Positions 49,712 to 60,040 of a stretch of 64,000 bases of DNA are shown here, piece by piece (the first letter of the stretch is position 1; the number at the start of each line of letters is the position of its first letter). The stretch comes from Candidatus Woesearchaeota archaeon (GTDB lineage: Archaea > Nanobdellota > Nanobdellia > Woesearchaeales > UBA583): NCBI GenBank assembly GCA_965205335.1, contig OZ242164.1, positions 1,135,750 through 1,199,749 of the forward strand, written 5' to 3'. The notes beneath the pieces were generated by a model, which searched no databases, was not told the origin of the DNA, and was given only the letters and a program-made list of their open reading frames with translations. The translations under genes and the position numbers were made by a program.

Positions 49712-50884
49712 TCACCCGTCCTCATTTAAATATGACTTTAACTCATCTACTTTATCTAATCTCTCCCAGGTAAAATCAGGTTCATCACGTCCAAAATGTC
49801 CATATATTGCAGTCTTTGAGAAAATTGGTCTTCGCAGTTGCAAATGTTCAATAATTTTCCCTGGAGTTAATGGAAAAATCTCTACAATAGCATCCCTTAA
49901 TTTTGAGAGACTGACCTTCTCACTGCCAAAACAGTCTACATGAACAGATGTTGGCTCTGATACACCTATTGCATAAGATAACTGAACAAGACACCAGTCT
50001 GCAAGATTTGCCGCTACAATATTTTTTGCTATATACCTTCCCATATATGCCCCTGACCTATCAACTTTTGTAGGATCCTTACCTGAAAATGCTCCTCCTC
50101 CATGAGCACCATGCCCTCCGTATGTATCAACAATAATTTTTCTTCCTGTAAGCCCTGCATCTCCCTGAGGACCTCCAATGACAAATTTACCTGCTGGATT
50201 TATATGATACTTTGTATTCTCATCTAAAAGTTTCTGTGAAACAATAGGTTTAATCACATGCTCTAAAATATCAAATTTTAATTGACTCTGTGTTACATCC
50301 TCACTATGCTGAGTTGATACAACAATAGTATCAACCCTTCTAACCCTATTATTCTCATCATACTCAACAGTAACCTGAGTCTTTCCATCAGGTCTTAAAT
50401 ACGGAAGAGTTCCATTTTTTCTAACCTCTGATAACTTGTGAGACAACTTATGAGCGATATCAATTGTATAAGGCATATAGCTACTTGTCTCATTTGTTGC
50501 ATATCCAAACATAATTCCCTGATCCCCTGCTCCTATCTCCTTATGTTCCTTCTCATTTTCATCAACTCCCTGAGCAATATCTGGCGACTGCTGTTCTATT
50601 GCAACAAGCAAATTACAAGTCTTGTAATCAAATCCTTTCTCTGAATCATCATATCCAATCTCTTTAATCTTATCTCTGACAATTGACTGATAATCTAACT
50701 TGGCTTTTGTTGTAATCTCCCCAAAAAGCATAATCATTCCTGTCTTAGTAGCACACTCACATGCAACTCTTGAATTCGGGTCTTCCTTCAGACAGGCATC
50801 TAATATAGAATCAGAAACTTGATCGCAGATTTTATCCGGGTGTCCTTCTGTTACAGACTCAGATGTAAAATAATAATTAGCCAT
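49712..50884 (-). CDS. metK: S-adenosylmethionine synthetase, bacterial/eukaryotic type
   Basis: [55 protein letters not shown]. Confidence 0.98.
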   Translation of the reverse strand: MANYYFTSESVTEGHPDKICDQVSDSILDACLKEDPNSRVACECATKTGMIMLFGEITTKAKLDYQSIVRDKIKEIGYDDSEKGFDYKTCNLLVAIEQQSPDIAQGVDENEKEHKEIGAGDQGIMFGYATNETSSYMPYTIDIAHKLSHKLSEVRKNGTLPYLRPDGKTQVTVEYDENNRVRRVDTIVVSTQHSEDVTQSQLKFDILEHVIKPIVSQKLLDENTKYHINPAGKFVIGGPQGDAGLTGRKIIVDTYGGHGAHGGGAFSGKDPTKVDRSGAYMGRYIAKNIVAANLADWCLVQLSYAIGVSEPTSVHVDCFGSEKVSLSKLRDAIVEIFPLTPGKIIEHLQLRRPIFSKTAIYGHFGRDEPDFTWERLDKVDELKSYLNEDG

Positions 50885-51055
50885 AAAATATCCTCTAAGC
50901 ATTAGTATATAAAGAAGTGTATAATAATTATTCCTAAAAGAATAACCCTTCTTTCTTTATTATACATATATTAAGCATAATTTCTATATTATCACTATTT
51001 TTAAATGACTACAAAAACATAATACTTATAAATAAAGGAAAGTTGAATAATAATT

Positions 51056-52012
51056 ATGAATAGAAAAGGACTTGTAAGAGGTATTAGCATTTTGGAGGAT
51101 AGAATATTGTCTAATGGAAGAGAAGAAGTTTTAGATGATTATATAAGATTATTTAGTATTTCTAATTCAAAGGGAGGAGATTTTGCTAAAGTATTAATAA
51201 ATGCTCTTGCAGTAAGTGAGATATTAAATTCAGAAAAAATTGATGACAAGTATTATTACATAGGAGGTTATGCAACACTATTTCATATAGCTAATGCAAG
51301 AGGAGTAGAAGCTTTGACATCATGGAGGGGCTCATATGATTTAGACATAGTTACTGATAGTTCTAGGGTGAAAGATACCATAAGGGCAAACTTTGAAACT
51401 ACTGAAACTAACTCTTGTTCAGTACGTGGAAAAAAAAACTTGTCAATTATGGTTGATAATTCAGATATTCCTGTTAATGTTGATTTATACAACACACAAG
51501 AAAATAATTTTGAATGGCTTGATTTAGGAGAAAAAATAATGGAGAAATCTCAAATAATTGATGTTTTAGGAGTTAGGGTTAGAGTGCCTAAAGTTAAGTA
51601 TTTATTAAGAATGAAATTAGACGTGTCAAAAAAAAGAGACGGTCTTCCAAGAGATAGTGATAAAAGTGATATATTTAATCTATTGGGTGTTCTTGAAAAT
51701 TACGAAGGATTTTCTCACAAGTATTCAGGAATTGATGACAAGTTAAGATATATTAGTGATAGTGTTATTGAGAATAATGAAAGGAGGTACAAAGCGCTTT
51801 GTGACACACTATCATTATATAAAGGAGAAGATCTACCACATATACTTTCTCCGCCTTCTAATGCATTAATTCATCAAATACTTACTTTCCCTGATGTATT
51901 TATAGAAGAAGAAAGGGATTCATCTATGGAAGAATATAATGCAAACCAGTTTGCGGGTGTAAATATGGGTTCACTTGAAAGAAATCCATATGCGGAAAGA
52001 GTTATTCATTAA
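51056..52012 (+). CDS. putative nucleotidyltransferase (pol-beta/AbiEii-like)
   Basis: YY.IGGYA...R.SYDLDI, VDL, LL.MKL....R..D..DI..LL. Confidence 0.65.
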   Translation: MNRKGLVRGISILEDRILSNGREEVLDDYIRLFSISNSKGGDFAKVLINALAVSEILNSEKIDDKYYYIGGYATLFHIANARGVEALTSWRGSYDLDIVTDSSRVKDTIRANFETTETNSCSVRGKKNLSIMVDNSDIPVNVDLYNTQENNFEWLDLGEKIMEKSQIIDVLGVRVRVPKVKYLLRMKLDVSKKRDGLPRDSDKSDIFNLLGVLENYEGFSHKYSGIDDKLRYISDSVIENNERRYKALCDTLSLYKGEDLPHILSPPSNALIHQILTFPDVFIEEERDSSMEEYNANQFAGVNMGSLERNPYAERVIH

Positions 52013-52013
52013 A

Positions 52014-52748
52014 ATGAAAAGAGCCTTAGTAGTTACAGACATCCATAAATGGGAATACAACGTACACAAGTTAATTAATAGACATTCACCACATTTAGTT
52101 TTAGATTGTGGAGATCATGACGATGGATTTTTTACAGATAAGCCTATCCCTTGGTATTTTATTATTGGAAACCATGAAGATAGAGAAGTTATTTTTAAAA
52201 TGAGAGAAGGTAGAAATCCTTATGAGAATCTAAATCTGATACAAAATGGTGAAATTGTAGATATTGATGGAACAAAAATATTAGGTTTTGGAGGTAATTA
52301 TTCGCCAAATTCTTTTGAAAATTCAGATCGTTCTTCACGTCATTGGACTCATATATCAAGAGAAGATTTAGAAAAAGTAAAAAAGAGAAAAAAAGAAGGA
52401 GGTATTGTAGACATAATAATGATGCATGAATCAGTACAGGAAATATGGGAAGTTCATCCTAATTTTGACGGTGGTGCACCTCCCTGTTCTGAAATATTTA
52501 GATTATATAAACCAAAATTAGTAGTTTCAGGACATCATCATCATCCAATGGTTGGAGTTATTGATAAAAATTTACAAATTTCATTAAATACACCCAAGGA
52601 ATTCAATCACATTTTACTTGAATTAAGGGAAGGTGATGTAAAAATTTCAGACTATTGTAATACCTATGATGAAAATTATAGTAGTAAATCACATTCAAGG
52701 CCACATACGCCTCCTATTCCTGAGAGATTTTATGCAAAGAACTCTTGA
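52014..52748 (+). CDS. calcineurin-like metallophosphoesterase
   Basis: TDIH, CGD, IGNHE, MHE, SGHHH; ATG 1 nt after upstream stop. Confidence 0.85.
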   Translation: MKRALVVTDIHKWEYNVHKLINRHSPHLVLDCGDHDDGFFTDKPIPWYFIIGNHEDREVIFKMREGRNPYENLNLIQNGEIVDIDGTKILGFGGNYSPNSFENSDRSSRHWTHISREDLEKVKKRKKEGGIVDIIMMHESVQEIWEVHPNFDGGAPPCSEIFRLYKPKLVVSGHHHHPMVGVIDKNLQISLNTPKEFNHILLELREGDVKISDYCNTYDENYSSKSHSRPHTPPIPERFYAKNS

Positions 52749-52800
52749 AGTTGTGAAATTTTATGTCCTCTTTAAACTCAAACTCAAATTTATAAATCTA

Positions 52801-53385
52801 TCAACTTTTAAACAAATCAGATTTCGTTATTAAGCCAGAAATCTTTCCACTATCTCCAACAAGAACAAATTTTGTTTTCCTGTTCTGAAAAATGTACGAC
52901 AAATCCCTGCAATTATAATCCTTTGGAATTATTATAGGAGATGTCTCTAAAATTTCACTTACCTGAACTTTATTAATATCTCTTTTATTTTTTATTGCAT
53001 CAAGTATTGACTTTTCATATATTGTGCCCCTCAATTTATTTCCCTCCATAACAAGCAATTGAGAAAAATCATTTTCCCTCATTAATTCTAATGCTTCAAA
53101 GATTGGAGTTTTCTCTGATACAAATAGTATATTTTCAACCATTACATCTTTTGCCTTGACATTTGAAACGGTCTCTTGTTCTGATAATGCTTTCTCTATT
53201 TTTAGAAATGTTGAGTATGTAGGGTCTATCTTTCCAGATTCAAACTTATTTATTATTGACTGAGATAAATTTGCAAAATGTGAAAGTTTTAGTTGGGAAA
53301 GTCCTAAAAACGTTCGTCTCCTCTTGAATTCTCTTGCAATCTCCAATATTTCATTTTTTGTGAAAGAGTCTTGAAGTTTTCTCAT
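52801..53385 (-). CDS. HTH + CBS-pair transcriptional regulator
   Basis: R..LGLSQ..L...A.LSQS.I.K.ESGKIDP.YS; CBS pair ending GLITKSDL. Confidence 0.9.
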   Translation of the reverse strand: MRKLQDSFTKNEILEIAREFKRRRTFLGLSQLKLSHFANLSQSIINKFESGKIDPTYSTFLKIEKALSEQETVSNVKAKDVMVENILFVSEKTPIFEALELMRENDFSQLLVMEGNKLRGTIYEKSILDAIKNKRDINKVQVSEILETSPIIIPKDYNCRDLSYIFQNRKTKFVLVGDSGKISGLITKSDLFKS

Positions 53386-53505
53386 AAGAATAACTATTCC
53401 TTAAAGAATTATAATATTTTCGGTTATTAAAACATACTCAAAAAAATACTTCTATAAAGAAAATCCTTACAAAAATATATAAATACTAATCTTTGAAAAA
53501 ATCTT

Positions 53506-54441
53506 ATGAAAAAATCATATCTCTTTTTATTTTTGATAATAGGCATACTTTTATCAGGTTGCACAGGAGGAAGTTCAAAAACAGATTATCCAAAAGAGGA
53601 CAATACAGGATATGGACTTGAAGTTGATTTTAGGATTAATGATGAATGGATTTCACAGCGTCAACTTAATTATTACATCTCCCTTAAAAACTCTGGAAAA
53701 GAACCTATTACATTATCACAAGAAAATTTCAGATTAGGAACAGTTCAGAGAGATAGTGATAGCACTGAGTCTATAGTTTTCACCCAAGAAAGTATAGAAT
53801 TGTTTTATAGAAGATTACTAGGGGAAGATAATAGTTTAAAAATTTATCAAAACACCCCTGAAATAAACTCAGATGGACAATTGAAAATAGAAGAAGATTT
53901 TTTTAACGATGTATCAAATTCTAAATTAGATTATTTTTTAAAGATTGAATACTCTTACAGAACTGAATTTAGTAATAATGTTGTAATTGACTTATCCCAG
54001 ATAAGAGATAAAATTGATATTGTTGATAGATTAGATCAAGCCGCCCCAATTAAAGTGGAAAAAATAGATTTAGTGCCTAACTATGAGGGATATAAAATAC
54101 TTTATTACATAAGAGACAGAGGACTGTCATCAGATGACAAGTTAATTACGCTTGGAAATTTTGAATTTGAATTTGGAGCAAGAAATAGACTCTCTTCATG
54201 CGACTTTTTTTCAGAAAATGACAGAGGAGACATTCAAAAAGATGGAGAAGAAATTATAATAAACAAAAAGCAAAGTGGGATTATATATGCATGTGATGTT
54301 GATTTAACAGATGTGGATCGCAATGAGCCAACAGGCTTTGTAACATCAGGAAGTTTTGAATATGATTATATGATAACTATTAGAGGTTCTCAAAGACTCC
54401 CAGAAAAAAGAGGGGAAAATTCATTTTTTATTCCTAATTAA
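53506..54441 (+). CDS. predicted lipoprotein
   Basis: MKK..hydrophobic..LLSG|C lipobox. Confidence 0.75.
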   Translation: MKKSYLFLFLIIGILLSGCTGGSSKTDYPKEDNTGYGLEVDFRINDEWISQRQLNYYISLKNSGKEPITLSQENFRLGTVQRDSDSTESIVFTQESIELFYRRLLGEDNSLKIYQNTPEINSDGQLKIEEDFFNDVSNSKLDYFLKIEYSYRTEFSNNVVIDLSQIRDKIDIVDRLDQAAPIKVEKIDLVPNYEGYKILYYIRDRGLSSDDKLITLGNFEFEFGARNRLSSCDFFSENDRGDIQKDGEEIIINKKQSGIIYACDVDLTDVDRNEPTGFVTSGSFEYDYMITIRGSQRLPEKRGENSFFIPN

Positions 54442-54583
54442 ATAATACAACCGTAAAGAGCACTCATTTTATGTGATTTTGTGAGGTATAGTGACAAGAA
54501 AGTTTTATATAATTTGCTGTCTTATATGTATATCCTTTTGTTTAAGGATAAATATAAAAAATTTGTTACTTCATTAATTAAAA

Positions 54584-55150
54584 ATGATGAAAGACTATTA
54601 TGAAATATTGGATTTTTGGTTTGAGGAATTAGAACCTGATGATTGGTTTAGAAAGGATTCTAAATTAGACGATAAAATCCGAAATAAATTTGAACATGTT
54701 TACAATGATATTACTTGTGGACGATACAATCACTTAATGAATTCTCCAAAAGGAACACTTGCTATTATTATTGTTCTGGACAGATTTTCAAGAAACATGT
54801 TTCGTGATACTGAAAAGATGTTTTCTTTTGACTTAATGGCTTTAAAACTGACTAAACATGCTATTAAAAATAAATTTGATAAGGAATTAGAACCTATTGA
54901 GAGATTATTTTTATATATGCCTTTTATGAACTCAGAAGAATTGGAACATCAGAACAAATGCATTAAATTATTTGAGAAACTTGCAAAAGAAGAAAAAGAA
55001 ATTGAATCTAATTTAAATCTTGTAAAAAAGAATATATCAATTATTGAGAGATTTGGCAGATTTCCTCACAGAAATGAAGTTTTAGAAAGACCAAGCACAC
55101 AGGAAGAAATTAAATTCCTAAAACAATTCAGAACAGGTTTTCCTATTTAA
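54584..55150 (+). CDS. DUF924 family protein
   Basis: ILDFWF..WF....D..IR..F, LA.IIVLD.FSRNMFR, F.YMPF, II.RFGRFPHRN..L.R.ST.EE. Confidence 0.9.
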   Translation: MMKDYYEILDFWFEELEPDDWFRKDSKLDDKIRNKFEHVYNDITCGRYNHLMNSPKGTLAIIIVLDRFSRNMFRDTEKMFSFDLMALKLTKHAIKNKFDKELEPIERLFLYMPFMNSEELEHQNKCIKLFEKLAKEEKEIESNLNLVKKNISIIERFGRFPHRNEVLERPSTQEEIKFLKQFRTGFPI

Positions 55151-55175
55151 TTCAAGAATTACTATTTTTAACCAA

Positions 55176-55550
55176 TCATATCTTAATCTCATTTATTATT
55201 TCTCCATCTTCATTATAGTCTGTTATTTTTCCCTCACTAACATAAGTTCTTAATTCCCTATCTTTTAATTTTTTACATTTAAATTTTCCTTCTTGTATTC
55301 GTTTTATGTTCCCATTTCTATCATAAAATGTTATATTTCCTCTTATTAATTTTCCTTCTACTCTTAATATTCTGTTTCTTTTGTTTCCATTCCAATCGTA
55401 CTCTGTTATACTTCCTTGTATTAATTCTCCATTTGAATTAAATTTTCCTTTTTTTCTCGTTGCTATTTTTCCATCTCCATAACATATTACTTTCTCTTCA
55501 GGTTTAACCTGCTCTCCTACTTTTTCTTGTTCTTTATTTTTCTTCTCCAT
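55176..55550 (-). CDS. MORN-variant/YwqK-like repeat protein, no signal peptide
   Basis: G.IT.YD.NGN....EGK repeats; similar to 59139-59963. Confidence 0.7.
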   Translation of the reverse strand: MEKKNKEQEKVGEQVKPEEKVICYGDGKIATRKKGKFNSNGELIQGSITEYDWNGNKRNRILRVEGKLIRGNITFYDRNGNIKRIQEGKFKCKKLKDRELRTYVSEGKITDYNEDGEIINEIKI

Positions 55551-55720
55551 TGTTCAATTTCTCAACTTTAAAGTGCGAATTACAATATGGTTTTAGTTGC
55601 ATATAAACTTTCCTAATTACTATAAGTAATAAAGTAAATATTAAATTATTTAGTCAGAAACTTAATTAGTTTTATGTGACTTCAACTTCTTAATTTTAGA
55701 AAAATCTTATTGCATAAACA

Positions 55721-56878
55721 TTATCGTCTTGGCTTTCTCTTTTTATACTCCTTCTTTACTTTAACTTCTTTAAACTCAGGAATTTCTTTCTCTTGCACAA
55801 TTATTTTATGATTTTTCATTATATCTATGAATGGAATTATATCATTTTTTGATATAAAATTATACACCTTTCCGCTATTTCCTGCTCTGGCGCATCTTCC
55901 AATCCTGTGAATATATTTCTCGTCATGCTTTGGAATATTATAATTATAAATATGAGTTATTCCGTCTATATCAAGCCCTCTCGCTGTCAAATCAGTTGCA
56001 ATAAGAATATCAAATTTCTGATTCTCAAGATCCCTTATAATCTTAGCTCTTTTGCCCTGTGACATTCCCCCATGAGTTGATTTAATAATTAATCCAGTAT
56101 GCCTTAGATTTTTGGATAGAAACTCAGAAACATCCTGCCTGTTCACAAAAACAATAGATAACCCTGCCCTCTCATTTTCAAGAAGATATGACAAAAGAGA
56201 TAACTTCTTATTCGCTTCCACCTCAAAATAATATTGCTTTAACTTTTTTGGACTCACAAATTCATCTAACGATATCCTTTTAGGATTACTTAAATACTTT
56301 TTAAGAATTTTAAGAGTATCCTTTGAAATCGTTGCAGAAAACACCATAGTCTGCCTCTTTTTAGGCATTTCTTTTATTATGTAATCTAATTCTAATCTGA
56401 ATTGATTTTGCATAATTGAATCTATCTCATCTATAACAAGAAGTTTAATCTTTCCGAGTTTAAACAAATCCTGCTCAACATAATCACTTATCCTTCCAGT
56501 TGTTCCAACTAATATATCATAATCATTTATCTCTTTTCTTTGTTTCTTTAATGAAGATGAACCATAAGTTATCATAATCCTAAGATTTTTGTATGAAGAA
56601 AATTTCTTTAACACATCGCCAACCTGAATAGCAAGTTCTCTTGTAGGAACTAAAACTATTGCCCTGATTCCATTACCTGATTCAATACTCTGAATTAATC
56701 TCGTTGCATAAATTAAAGTTTTTCCTGAACCAGTTTTAGAACAGACAATTAAATCTCTTCCTGAAAATATCTGAGGAATTGCTTTATTTTGGATTCTTGA
56801 GGGAGTCTTAAAACCTTCCTTCTCAATAACTTCTACAATCTCATCGCAAATTCCTAATCTCTTAAAATCACTGTCCAT
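55721..56878 (-). CDS. DEAD-box RNA helicase (DEID variant)
   Basis: Q motif, TGSGKT, PTRELA, DEID, FSAT, ARGLD, HRIGR..RAG. Confidence 0.93.
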   Translation of the reverse strand: MDSDFKRLGICDEIVEVIEKEGFKTPSRIQNKAIPQIFSGRDLIVCSKTGSGKTLIYATRLIQSIESGNGIRAIVLVPTRELAIQVGDVLKKFSSYKNLRIMITYGSSSLKKQRKEINDYDILVGTTGRISDYVEQDLFKLGKIKLLVIDEIDSIMQNQFRLELDYIIKEMPKKRQTMVFSATISKDTLKILKKYLSNPKRISLDEFVSPKKLKQYYFEVEANKKLSLLSYLLENERAGLSIVFVNRQDVSEFLSKNLRHTGLIIKSTHGGMSQGKRAKIIRDLENQKFDILIATDLTARGLDIDGITHIYNYNIPKHDEKYIHRIGRCARAGNSGKVYNFISKNDIIPFIDIMKNHKIIVQEKEIPEFKEVKVKKEYKKRKPRR

Positions 56879-56996
56879 TAAATTACCTAATTCAAAATCA
56901 TTTATAAGTTCTTAGGCTTAGCTAATAAAGGCATATAAACTGCTATGAGAGTTTATAGCAAAAATTTAAATAGTTCAAAGTTTATTATGTATTAAA

Positions 56997-58025
56997 ATGA
57001 AAAATAATAAAGGTAAGAAGGATAAGAAAGTTAAAACTAATAAATCTCCTATTAAACGCTCCTACTTACATTTTTTATGGATAGTTGTACTTATTGGGTT
57101 TATATTATCTCTTGGGATGATTCCATCAGATAATTCAATATACACAAGATTACTAATAAGTGCTATGTTTATGGGAGTTTTTCTCTTGTTTGGAATTTGG
57201 GTTCTATTCTGGCTTAAACAATGCATAACTAAAAAACAACGAAGAATAGTTTGGATTGTTCTTGCAATAATGAGTCCTTTTCTCTTGTATGGTGTACTTA
57301 TAGGAGGTCTTCTTGGAATTATAGGAATATTTATTTTACTTTTTATTCCTGTTTTTGTTGTTCTTCCTCCACTTGTGTACATCTTGCGTAAAGAGTGGGT
57401 TAAATTTTTCATTTCTCTTATTATTGTTTTAGTTTTAGCTTTTATAATTGGGTTGAAATTTCAAAACTCAGACGAACAAATTGAATCACGTTATAATTTT
57501 TGTACCTCTCATTATAATGAGGAAGAAGCAGTATGGAATGAAGAGAATAAAAAATGTGAGATAACTATTAAAGGTGAAATACGACAGAGATTTGTAGGTT
57601 CACAAGTAAGTTTACCAATTGAAGGAAAACCAGTAGAACTCTATGCACAATATGACGAACCTAATCGCAAATATTCTTTAGAAGGGGAATTTTCTAGTAA
57701 TGGAAATTCAGGAAGGGTTGTAATGCAACTTTCACATAGAATTACAATTGTAGAGGAGAGGGAGAAATCTTATGTTTTCCTTGTTCCTTTTGATGTTGAT
57801 TACAAGCAAGGAGAAGATTTTTCACATGTTGGAGTCTTTTACTTTGATGGAGGTCTAAATATCATACATATTAAAACTTTAGAACTTTCTAATGCTAAGA
57901 GTATAGAAAATGTGCAAGTAGAACCTCTTGATTCAAAAATGAGAAAGTATAAAGTAATTGTATCCTACTTGGGAGAATCAAATGATTTAAAGAAGACTGC
58001 ATTCACTCTAACACTTAAAAATTAA
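56997..58025 (+). CDS. membrane protein with soluble C-terminal domain
   Basis: 5-6 N-terminal TM segments. Confidence 0.7.
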   Translation: MKNNKGKKDKKVKTNKSPIKRSYLHFLWIVVLIGFILSLGMIPSDNSIYTRLLISAMFMGVFLLFGIWVLFWLKQCITKKQRRIVWIVLAIMSPFLLYGVLIGGLLGIIGIFILLFIPVFVVLPPLVYILRKEWVKFFISLIIVLVLAFIIGLKFQNSDEQIESRYNFCTSHYNEEEAVWNEENKKCEITIKGEIRQRFVGSQVSLPIEGKPVELYAQYDEPNRKYSLEGEFSSNGNSGRVVMQLSHRITIVEEREKSYVFLVPFDVDYKQGEDFSHVGVFYFDGGLNIIHIKTLELSNAKSIENVQVEPLDSKMRKYKVIVSYLGESNDLKKTAFTLTLKN

Positions 58026-58055
58026 GTTAATCATACATTGTAACATTAAAGGGAG

Positions 58056-58893
58056 TTAATACTTAAATATTCCTCCTATATTTGTTGGGTCTGTAAATGT
58101 ACGGACTTGTGAATTTGTAGATTTTTCTATTTTTTTTGCTAATTCATCTAATTTTTCTCTGCTGGTTGCATTGAGATTAAATCCTGGAAATGGTTGATAC
58201 AACAAAGGGTATAAATGAACCTCACAGGGTTTTATTTCTTTAATTCTCTCTTCATAATCTCTCAAATTTTCCTCAGATAAATTACCGTCTTTTCCACCCA
58301 CAACAATAGTTTGAATTATCCTTTTTTTTTACAGGCGCATCTCTAAGTTCTCTGATTAAATCCCTAAATTTTACTCCCCTTGGTCTATTAAACCTCTCAA
58401 ATGTTTCTTCATTTCCAGCATCTAATTTCATAAAAACACAATCAAGCGGTGCCAAATTTTTATCTTTTAATCTTGTTCCATTAGTAAAGAGGGATGTTGA
58501 TATTCCAGATCTATAAGCATCTCTCATCTCTACTATTAAGTCAACAATTTCATCAAAATATGGACTTAAAGTGGGCTCTGTTGGTCCACTTAAAGTTATA
58601 GAGTCGTAGTGTTCATTAGAAGATAATCTTTCCACTAAGCCTTTTCTGATTTCTTCAGGAGTAGACATCCTAATTCTTCCTTTTTTTATTGATTCATCTA
58701 AACTTTCTGCTCCATATTGACAATAAATACAACTAAAATTGCAACCAAATCCTCCTTGAATCGGGTTGATACCTAAAGACAAACCTAATCTCCTTGAATT
58801 TATTGGTCCGTAAACTACACCTTGCTTTATTTCTTTAAAATATTTTCCAGCCTTTTGGGGTTTCCACCAGTCAGTTCTAATATTCCTATCCAT
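58056..58893 (-). pseudogene. radical SAM protein split by a 1-nt frameshift in an A9 run
   Basis: VYGP..SRRLG.SLGIN, CNFSCIYCQ.G, KLDAG....F...NRP; removing one A at 58322-58330 gives ..VKKRIIQTIVVGGKDGN.. joining both ORFs. Confidence 0.85.
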
Positions 58894-59033
58894 AAAAAGA
58901 GTAAGAAACGGATCTATAAAATAATTGTCTTCCCCTAAGGGGGTTGAAATAGAAAGAATTAAATATACAAAAATATACCAATAATTATGTATGAAACACT
59001 ATTGAAAGAAATTGGATTAACTAATGGAGAAAC

Positions 59034-60040
59034 GGCTCTGTTCAGTTTTGGAAGGATAGATAATATTTAAAAACTTTCCTCAACAGTGGTACTGGTTGTT
59101 TTTAGGGGTAGTTAATAATTAACTCCCAGAATATATCTTTATTGATAATTTATTTCATTAATTAATATCCCCTTTCTATATTCTCCTGAACTTATTATAT
59201 TCCCATCTTCATCATAAACTGTACCCTTACCATCTCCTCTTTTATATAATACTCCACTTCTTAATGTTCCTTCTATTACTTTCTGTATATTTCCATTCTC
59301 CCAGTAAACTTTTACTTTTCCTTCTCCTCTTAAAAATCCGTTTTTAAAAGTTCCCTCTTCTACTCTTTTAACATTTCCATTCTCATAGTAAAATGTTACT
59401 TTTCCTTCTCCTGTAAATTCTCCAAATGTATTTAATGCTACTTCTATTACTGACATTTTATTTCCATTCTTATAATAATACGTACCTGTTCCTTCTCCAC
59501 TTAATTTTTCAAACGCATAAAATTCTCTTTCTCCTACATACAATATATTTCCATTCTCATAGTATGTTGTTATTTTTACTCCTTTCATATAACCATCTTT
59601 AAATGTTCCTTCCATTACTTCCTTTATATTTCCATTTTCATAGTAATATGTTATATTTACTTCTCCTTCTTGTAATTCTCCAGACCTATTAAATATTCCA
59701 TATATTACTCTTTCAACATTTCCATAATCATCATAATATATTTTTTCTTTTTTTTCCTCATTTTGTTTGTTCTCCAAGTCTTCAGGTTGTTCTATGTTTC
59801 CATCTTCCTCATAAATCATTGCTTTCCCATCAGTAATATTAGAGCCTCTACTTTCAAAAACTTGTTCCCCATTTGTTTGTGGTTCACAACCTCCTAAAAA
59901 TAATAATCCCGTTACTCCAAATATTATTGTCAATATTATTTCTATTCTTTTAGTCTTTGTCACTTTGTTAATTAATAATGTTTTAGTCTTTTTATATTTT
60001 GTTATAAAAATTATATATCCCTCTCAAATTGAACAGAACC
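59034..60040. mobile_element. 1007-bp non-autonomous cargo element (no transposase)
   Basis: TIR GGCTCTGTTCAGTTTTGGAAGGATAGATAA vs rc GGTTCTGTTCAATTTGAGAGGGATATATAA (24/30); perfect 9-bp TSD TGGAGAAAC (59025-59033, 60041-60049). Confidence 0.93.
59139..59963 (-). CDS. MORN-variant/YwqK-like repeat lipoprotein (cargo)
   Basis: LLFLGG|C lipobox; G..T.YYENGN....EG.F..G repeats. Confidence 0.85.
   Translation of the reverse strand: MTKTKRIEIILTIIFGVTGLLFLGGCEPQTNGEQVFESRGSNITDGKAMIYEEDGNIEQPEDLENKQNEEKKEKIYYDDYGNVERVIYGIFNRSGELQEGEVNITYYYENGNIKEVMEGTFKDGYMKGVKITTYYENGNILYVGEREFYAFEKLSGEGTGTYYYKNGNKMSVIEVALNTFGEFTGEGKVTFYYENGNVKRVEEGTFKNGFLRGEGKVKVYWENGNIQKVIEGTLRSGVLYKRGDGKGTVYDEDGNIISSGEYRKGILINEINYQ

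Noticed and set aside
49522-49725. 67-aa ORF as an intact gene
   Set aside because: Chimeric first part of the frameshifted PfkB pseudogene
55551-55560. TGTTCAATTT matching part of the cargo-element TIR
   Set aside because: Only 10 AT-rich bases, no terminal GG, no partner end or TSD
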